Assembly: GCA_963662945.1 (NCBI GenBank)
Contig: OY759974.1
Span: forward strand, 2,080,001-2,144,000
Origin: Arcobacteraceae bacterium
GTDB taxonomy: Bacteria > Campylobacterota > Campylobacteria > Campylobacterales > Arcobacteraceae
Direction: 5' to 3'
DNA length: 64,000 nt
This document shows, piece by piece, positions 58,139-64,000 of this stretch. A program made the translations under genes and the position numbers. Below the pieces are notes generated by a model that did not search any database, was not told the origin of the DNA, and saw only the letters and a list, made by a program, of their open reading frames with translations. Within the stretch, counting starts at the first letter, position 1. Every line of letters begins with the position of its first letter.

Positions 58139-58932
58139 GGGTGTTCCTTATGTGAATGTATTTGTTCAACAGATTCTTGGTGAATATGTCTAAAAAAAGT
58201 AAATGGATGACCATCTTTCCAAAAAATCTCACAGTTAATACCGTATAAATTATTGATCATCTTTTCATCTACACTTAAACTTGTCTGAAACTCTTGAATT
58301 GTTTTATTATTTATCATTACAATGTTATCTCCATAATGAAGGGCATTTTGAAGATCATGGAGTACTACAAAAGTAATAAGATTATTTTGTTTTGTCTTTT
58401 GTTTGATAATCTCTAAAATCTCAATTTGATTTTTTGGATCAAGGTGGGAAATTGGTTCATCTAAAAGTAATACTTTTGGTTCTTGTATTAAAGTAGCTGC
58501 CAAAAATATTTTTTGTTTTTCCCCTCCACTTAGGGTATCTATATTTCTATGTAAAAACTTTTTTAAATCAAACTCATCAATATATTTATCAATGATTATA
58601 TAATCTTCACGTTGTAAAAGTATGCCACTATATTTTCTACGAGATAGCTCTAAAATATCTATAACACTTAAAGATGTTCCTGTGTTAAATTGTCCCATAT
58701 ATGCTATTTTACGCGATAGTGTTTCTATTGGAAGATTTGAGATATTTTCCTTATCAAGATATATCTCACCCTTACAATTCAAAATTTTAACGATAGATTT
58801 TAAAAGGGTACTTTTCCCTGCACCATTTCGACCTAAAATAATATTTAGCTCACCACTTTTGACCTCTAAATTAATATTTTGAAGTAATATTTGATTGTTA
58901 ATTGAAGTTGAAAGATTTTTTATAACGAACAT
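58135..58932 (-). CDS. FecE/BtuD-type ABC ATPase
   Basis: GRNGAGKST, LSGGEKQ, LLDEP; His-rich tail. Confidence 0.93.
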   Translation of the reverse strand: MFVIKNLSTSINNQILLQNINLEVKSGELNIILGRNGAGKSTLLKSIVKILNCKGEIYLDKENISNLPIETLSRKIAYMGQFNTGTSLSVIDILELSRRKYSGILLQREDYIIIDKYIDEFDLKKFLHRNIDTLSGGEKQKIFLAATLIQEPKVLLLDEPISHLDPKNQIEILEIIKQKTKQNNLITFVVLHDLQNALHYGDNIVMINNKTIQEFQTSLSVDEKMINNLYGINCEIFWKDGHPFTFFRHIHQESVEQIHSHKEHP

Positions 58933-58933
58933 A

Positions 58934-59950
58934 CTACCTCTTTTTTTTGTATAGAAAATATAAAAATAAAGGTGCACCTAAAAGAGAAGTAAATATTCCT
59001 ACAGGGATTACAATAGGCAACATAATAGTTCGAGAAATAATATCTGCAAAAAGTAAAAGTCCACCACCACTGAGTATAGAAAGTGGGATAAGATATTTAT
59101 GTGAACTACCCACAACAAGTCTTACAATATGTGGAGCAATAAGTCCAACAAATCCAATAATCCCAAAAAAGGCAACACTTAAAGCACTTAAAAGAGAAGC
59201 TAACATCATCACTCTAAAGGTAAGTTTTTTGGTATCAATTCCTAAAGTTTTAGCATGGTCATCTCCTAGCATAAGTGCATCAAGCTTCCAAAAAAGTTTA
59301 AAATAAATTAGAAAAATTAAAATAAGTACAATAGCGATAACTCCAACTATATCTAAACCTGCTTTAGAAAGATCTCCAAACGTCCAAAACAAAGTAGCAG
59401 CTGCATCAGTATCATCTGCAAAATACTGTAAAAACATTGTAAGAGCTGAAAAAAATGCACCAAGAGCTACACCAAAAAGTATTAACGATTCAGGAGTCAT
59501 ATTGGAACGTTTTCCCAAAGAGATGATAATCATAGTAGTAAACATACTAACACTAAATGCTAAAAATGCTGTCATAAATCCTGCACTAAAAGTGGAAGAG
59601 ACTGAGTAAACTTGCAATATGATAATAGCAAAACTAGCACCAAAAGCACTTGCTTGCGATATTCCTAAGGTAAAAGGGGAAGCTAAAGGATTTTTTAAAA
59701 CAGCTTGCATTAAAGTTCCAGAAAGTCCAAGTGCTGCCCCTACAAAAAAAGCAGCAAATGTTCTTGGTACTCGAATATCATAAAAGATGAGGGAAAAATT
59801 ATCTGCACTATTATTTAGTCTTGCAATATCACTAAAGTCAATTCCATTATTTCCACTTAATAAAGAGAGAATAAAAAGGAATAGAACGACAAGGGAAAAT
59901 AATAAAATAGTGAAAATTTTATTTTTAGAATATAAAGACCTACTATACAT
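58934..59950 (-). CDS. FecCD/BtuC-type permease
   Basis: RVPR, NPLASPFTLGIS, IGFVGLIAPH. Confidence 0.94.
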   Translation of the reverse strand: MYSRSLYSKNKIFTILLFSLVVLFLFILSLLSGNNGIDFSDIARLNNSADNFSLIFYDIRVPRTFAAFFVGAALGLSGTLMQAVLKNPLASPFTLGISQASAFGASFAIIILQVYSVSSTFSAGFMTAFLAFSVSMFTTMIIISLGKRSNMTPESLILFGVALGAFFSALTMFLQYFADDTDAAATLFWTFGDLSKAGLDIVGVIAIVLILIFLIYFKLFWKLDALMLGDDHAKTLGIDTKKLTFRVMMLASLLSALSVAFFGIIGFVGLIAPHIVRLVVGSSHKYLIPLSILSGGGLLLFADIISRTIMLPIVIPVGIFTSLLGAPLFLYFLYKKKR

Positions 59951-60972
59951 TATAATTTATAAGGATTATTCTTTTCAAAAATCTCAAATCCTCTCTTCCC
60001 TAAAAACATTTTGTAAATCTCTTTTTGTTTTGCTTGAAAATCTATATCTTTTTGAAGATATGAAGCGATAAGCCAGCTGTTTATAAAGACATTTTCAATA
60101 TTTGTATTGTAAAAGTTATAAGGATAAAGCCAATAAACTTGTTTTTGTTGAAATGCCGTAATGCTATTAAAAATTTTTTTATCTTTTTCTAACTCTTCAT
60201 TGATAATCTTTTTACTTAAATAATCTAGAAATATTATCTGTGGATTATAAGAGAGTAGGGCTTCTTTATTGATAAAAAAATGTCCTTTTTGATCTTCTAA
60301 AATATCATTTTTTAAATGAAGTAGTTCAAATGATGGATAACTACTCTCCGTACTTGTAATCCCTTGAATCCCTTTATATCCAATTCCCCCAATATAAACT
60401 TTTTTATTAGTTAAAGTTAAAGAGCTAAGTTCTTTTTCTTGCTGATTTATAAACTCTATAAGCTCATTTGCTCTTGTCTGCTTTTGTGTAATTTTGGCTA
60501 TAAGTTTTAAAGAGTTTTTTATAGATTGAAGTTTGTTATCTTGTTTTACTCCACCATAAGTAGCTCCATAACTTAAAACAACCACAGGAATATTTGTTTT
60601 CTTTTGGATAAGTTCTACTTGCTCTTTTGATAAAAAAGAGGTAAATATTATATCTGGATTTAGTGATATCAGTGTTTCAAGATTTGGCATTTTACCTGGT
60701 CCACCTTGTCCGACAACTGGGAGTGATTGAAGAGTTTTTTTATCAAATATTGTACGATAGGGAGCTTTTAAATCATATTTTTTCTCCAGCTTTTCTATTC
60801 CTACAATATGGTCTTGAAGATTCAAATAGCTTACAAGCCTTAAGGCACCAGGACCTAAACAAACTATTTTTTTTGTATCTTTAATCTCAACTTTTCTATC
60901 AAACATATCATGTATCGTTATACTTAACAAAGAACTTGTAAATAACATTGCTAAAAGAAATAATTTTATCAC
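59950..60972 (-). CDS. iron/cobalamin-class periplasmic binding protein
   Basis: DMFDRKV, GPGALRL, GQGGP, NLETLISLNPD, PYNFY. Confidence 0.9.
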   Translation of the reverse strand: MIKLFLLAMLFTSSLLSITIHDMFDRKVEIKDTKKIVCLGPGALRLVSYLNLQDHIVGIEKLEKKYDLKAPYRTIFDKKTLQSLPVVGQGGPGKMPNLETLISLNPDIIFTSFLSKEQVELIQKKTNIPVVVLSYGATYGGVKQDNKLQSIKNSLKLIAKITQKQTRANELIEFINQQEKELSSLTLTNKKVYIGGIGYKGIQGITSTESSYPSFELLHLKNDILEDQKGHFFINKEALLSYNPQIIFLDYLSKKIINEELEKDKKIFNSITAFQQKQVYWLYPYNFYNTNIENVFINSWLIASYLQKDIDFQAKQKEIYKMFLGKRGFEIFEKNNPYKL

Positions 60973-61144
60973 CTATAACTACCTTTTTTAATTTTTCAAA
61001 TCATAAGTTAACTTTATTAAAACTATTGTTAAAAACTATGATACTTATATATTTTTGGGACTAAATGTTATAAAATTGCTCCAGAATCTTAATAAGTCTA
61101 GATAACTTCTAAAATTTTTTTAAGAATAAGTATTAAAAGGAATT

Positions 61145-62377
61145 TTATCCTTTTATTCCATCAACTCTTGGTAATAATAGAAACTTTCTTGTTTGTATAA
61201 AATACAAAATAAAAGGAAGAATCCAAAATAGTATAGATATATACATCAATATCATAGAGTAGTTCGGAAAAAATGGTATTAAAGTTCTAGATAGTGTTGC
61301 AAAAATAAGTAAAATAACACTAGTGGCTATCCACCAGTTCGATTTAAGAACTCTTCCTGTATGTACATGTGCAATAATAACCATAACCATAAAAAAGGAT
61401 ATTCCAAAAGCACCAGTTGTTAAAAAATGTCTAAAATGAGTTTCATTTCCAAAATTATCTAGATGTGAAAAGCCTAAAAAGCCATAACCTAATGCCATCA
61501 TAATAACAACACAACTTAAATACCAAACAAAAGGTTCTTTTAGTATGGATTCAAACTTGAGATTATAATCATTTAAAATTCCTAAAATTGCAGCAAAACA
61601 AGCAAATCCTAACCAGCTTAAAATAGAATTTGTTGGATAAAAATACTCTATAGTTGCAAATAAAATGACAGTAAATATTGCTAAGTTATAACGAAAAGGT
61701 TTTGCTATAAATACATCATCTAATTGTTTGTGTTCAAGTATTTCATTGATAGCTTCCATATTTACCCGTCTTAGTGCAAGTAAAGTAAGAATCATAAATC
61801 CACCGACACTTACTTTGAGAATCTCTAATGCGTTTAGGGAAATAAGTTGTGCTTTGGAAGCAAAAAAGAGTATCTGTAAAACTGTGAGAAATACTATAGT
61901 ATAAGCAATACTTGCATGTCTTTGTAATTTATCTAAAACTACAGGTTTAAAAGCCCATACTATAATATAAATCCATAATGCTATATTAATAAATCCTACA
62001 ACATAAACACCTACAATATCAATAGACCAAAAGCTTACTCTTCCAGCAATCCATAAGAGAATAATATTACTTAGTCGTTTTCCTACTATAGGAATAAGTC
62101 CAGGGAAAAGTTCTGGAAGACCCGTAAAAATAAAAGCCATAATTCCTGCGACTCCAACTCCAAATAACATTTCATAGATATGCCAACTCAAAGGATCATC
62201 AAAAATATTTAATCTACCGCTAAACACAAAAGCCCATAAAAATATAAGTGTTACCATATAAAGTGGAAGTATTAAAAATATTGGACGAAATCCATAAGCT
62301 AAATAGGGAGGGATATTATCTTCATCTGGATAAAATTTATAATGTTTTGTAGCATTTTGTTTTTGATTAATTTCCAT
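61145..62377 (-). CDS. nnrS: NnrS family membrane protein
   Basis: [19 protein letters not shown]. Confidence 0.88.
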   Translation of the reverse strand: MEINQKQNATKHYKFYPDEDNIPPYLAYGFRPIFLILPLYMVTLIFLWAFVFSGRLNIFDDPLSWHIYEMLFGVGVAGIMAFIFTGLPELFPGLIPIVGKRLSNIILLWIAGRVSFWSIDIVGVYVVGFINIALWIYIIVWAFKPVVLDKLQRHASIAYTIVFLTVLQILFFASKAQLISLNALEILKVSVGGFMILTLLALRRVNMEAINEILEHKQLDDVFIAKPFRYNLAIFTVILFATIEYFYPTNSILSWLGFACFAAILGILNDYNLKFESILKEPFVWYLSCVVIMMALGYGFLGFSHLDNFGNETHFRHFLTTGAFGISFFMVMVIIAHVHTGRVLKSNWWIATSVILLIFATLSRTLIPFFPNYSMILMYISILFWILPFILYFIQTRKFLLLPRVDGIKG

Positions 62378-63123
62378 TATATTGCCTTTATTTCAAATGT
62401 ATTGATAACATCACAGTCTGTTAAGAACTCTTGTGTTTTATTAAAAATAAATTTATCATCTCTATTATTTTTTTCTTCATCTATTGTATATGTTTTGATA
62501 ATTTCACCGGGGTCACTTTTTAAAAGTAAAATTTTATCACTTAATCGAATCGCTTCCATTAAATCATGTGTAATAAACAGAACACTTGTACCAAACTCTT
62601 CACAACTTTTAAGTACAAAGTCTTGTAACTCTCTTTTGAGACCAATATCAAGTGCTGAAAAGGGTTCATCCAAAAAAAGTAATCTTGGTTTGGTGATTAA
62701 AGCTCTTGCAAAATTAACTCGCTGTTTCATCCCTCCACTTAAATCTTTTGGATATTTTATAAAATCTTTCTCTTCAAGTCCAAATCTTAGAGCTATTTCA
62801 CAGGCTTCCTTGTATGCTGTTGTATATTTTTTTGTTGCAATAATAGGGAGCATTATATTTTCAACTACTGTTTTCCAAGGAAGTAACCTAGCATCTTGAA
62901 AAGCAAAAGCCGATGAGGTAAAACTATTTGTTATCTCTCCTTCTGTAACATCAAGAAGATCACTACAAAGTTTTAATAGAGTTGTTTTTCCACCACCACT
63001 TGGACCTACTATACTTATTACTTCACCTTTTTTTAGTTCAAAATTGATATTATTTAAAATTTGTGTAAATCCAAAGTAAAAATTTAATTCACTTACTTTT
63101 AATCTCTCCTCTAATCTCTCCAT
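62377..63123 (-). CDS. NitT/TauT-type ABC ATPase
   Basis: [34 protein letters not shown]. Confidence 0.93.
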   Translation of the reverse strand: MERLEERLKVSELNFYFGFTQILNNINFELKKGEVISIVGPSGGGKTTLLKLCSDLLDVTEGEITNSFTSSAFAFQDARLLPWKTVVENIMLPIIATKKYTTAYKEACEIALRFGLEEKDFIKYPKDLSGGMKQRVNFARALITKPRLLFLDEPFSALDIGLKRELQDFVLKSCEEFGTSVLFITHDLMEAIRLSDKILLLKSDPGEIIKTYTIDEEKNNRDDKFIFNKTQEFLTDCDVINTFEIKAI

Positions 63124-63893
63124 GATTCAACCTCTTTTTTAATTGGTTCTAAAACAATATATTCAACAAAAAGTAAAACACCAACCATTGTCATAACTAA
63201 AGCTAAAGCAGTTGGGGTATCAAGATGACTTCTAGCAATTGCTAGTGAAGCTCCAATACCATCATTGGCACTTAATAGTTCTGCCATAATTACAATTTTC
63301 CAACTCATACCAAGTGCTGAAACCCAAGATGGAAAGAGATATGAAAAAAGATGAGGAAAATAAAGGTCTTTGCATTTTTGCCAAAAACTTAAATGAAAAC
63401 TATCCATCATCTCCTTTAAATCTCCTTCTAAAGTTCTACTCCCTTGTAATGCACCAACAAATACAATAGGGAAAGAGGCAATAACAACTGTAAACATCAC
63501 AGTCATATCCCCAAAACCAAACCAAATCATGGCTAGTACGATCCAAGCTATAGGTGGAATACCCACTAAAATAGTAACTATAGGACGACTCATAACAGAA
63601 GCTGTGATGAAGTATCCAGCAATTAGCCCAAAAAATGTTCCAATAGTTAAAGATATTCCAAATCCCATCATGCCTCTTTTTATAGTAAGCAGTAAATCTT
63701 CTATAAACTCTTGTTGTTCAAAAAGTGAAAAAACAGTTAGTAATACCTCTTTAGGGGATGGTAAAACTAAGTCACCATAGATTTGATTTCCCATATCCCA
63801 GAAAGCCAAAAAAAGGAAGATTGAGGCAATACTACCCCAACCACTCCATAAAAACCAAGGAAAATCTTTGAGTATTTTTATAATGGTTTTCAT
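63111..63893 (-). CDS. NitT/TauT-type ABC permease
   Basis: LPSP, IPPIAW, WKIVIMAELL. Confidence 0.92.
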   Translation of the reverse strand: MKTIIKILKDFPWFLWSGWGSIASIFLFLAFWDMGNQIYGDLVLPSPKEVLLTVFSLFEQQEFIEDLLLTIKRGMMGFGISLTIGTFFGLIAGYFITASVMSRPIVTILVGIPPIAWIVLAMIWFGFGDMTVMFTVVIASFPIVFVGALQGSRTLEGDLKEMMDSFHLSFWQKCKDLYFPHLFSYLFPSWVSALGMSWKIVIMAELLSANDGIGASLAIARSHLDTPTALALVMTMVGVLLFVEYIVLEPIKKEVESWRD

Positions 63894-64000
63894 TTAAAAT
63901 ACAAACCTTCATCAGGAATTTTTCCACCTATAAGTTTTGGCTCATTTTCCAAAAGTATTTGAAAAAACTTTTCTAAATCTTCTTTAGCATCCATTGCACT
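63890..64000 (-). CDS. C-terminus of ABC substrate-binding protein (partial)
   Basis: ...AKEDLEKFFQILLENEPKLIGGKIPDEGLYFK*, ATGA overlap with the permease. Confidence 0.75.
   Translation of the reverse strand, partial: SAMDAKEDLEKFFQILLENEPKLIGGKIPDEGLYFK

Noticed and set aside
60973-61144. Cobalamin or Moco riboswitch before the ABC/TonB unit
   Set aside because: AT-rich with no recognisable conserved boxes or stems.
6522-63780. Numerous short antisense or overlapping ORFs in the track (e.g. 6522-6788, 16334-16735, 33303-33620, 58947-59306, 62342-62899)
   Set aside because: Shadows of well-supported genes; no RBS or motifs.

Overview
Very AT-rich bacterial chromosome segment. Gene content and order (hydABCDE, Opr-type porin, AGGA-type RBS, many Cache/OmpR two-component genes) point to Campylobacterota, most likely Arcobacteraceae; this is inference. 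Layout: (1) 1-5.9 kb, the right part of a small P4-like integrative island (tyrosine integrase, AlpA, GIY-YIG/T5orf172-like nuclease, XRE regulator, exported cargo) ending in a duplicated tRNA 3' end (attR). (2) 6-11 kb, housekeeping genes (acyP, cytochrome c, aroE, dbpA). (3) 11-27 kb, a three-hydrogenase supercluster: group 1 uptake hydABCDE, a group 2 cytoplasmic pair with TetR and an orphan Cache kinase, and a divergent six-gene Ech operon. (4) 27-37 kb, BrnT/BrnA toxin-antitoxin, an FNR-box hemerythrin operon, mobA and four cation/proton antiporters. (5) 37-42 kb, a peroxide module (peroxiredoxin, response regulator, divergent CCP-like protein, kinase, canonical CCP). (6) 42-64 kb, a metal-homeostasis region: ZevAB-like fusion/ZnuA/OMP; a Fur-box operon of small His-peptide, porin, ferritin, imelysin, DHOR, imelysin, desaturase and di-haem protein; CDF, Fur, a TonB/FecBCDE-type system and NnrS/ABC. 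The most striking unexplained signal is a ~63-nt two-hairpin element with compensatory base changes, present once before the porin and once before ferritin, downstream of an unannotated 29-aa His-motif leader ORF. All calls come from motif reading only; no searches were run.
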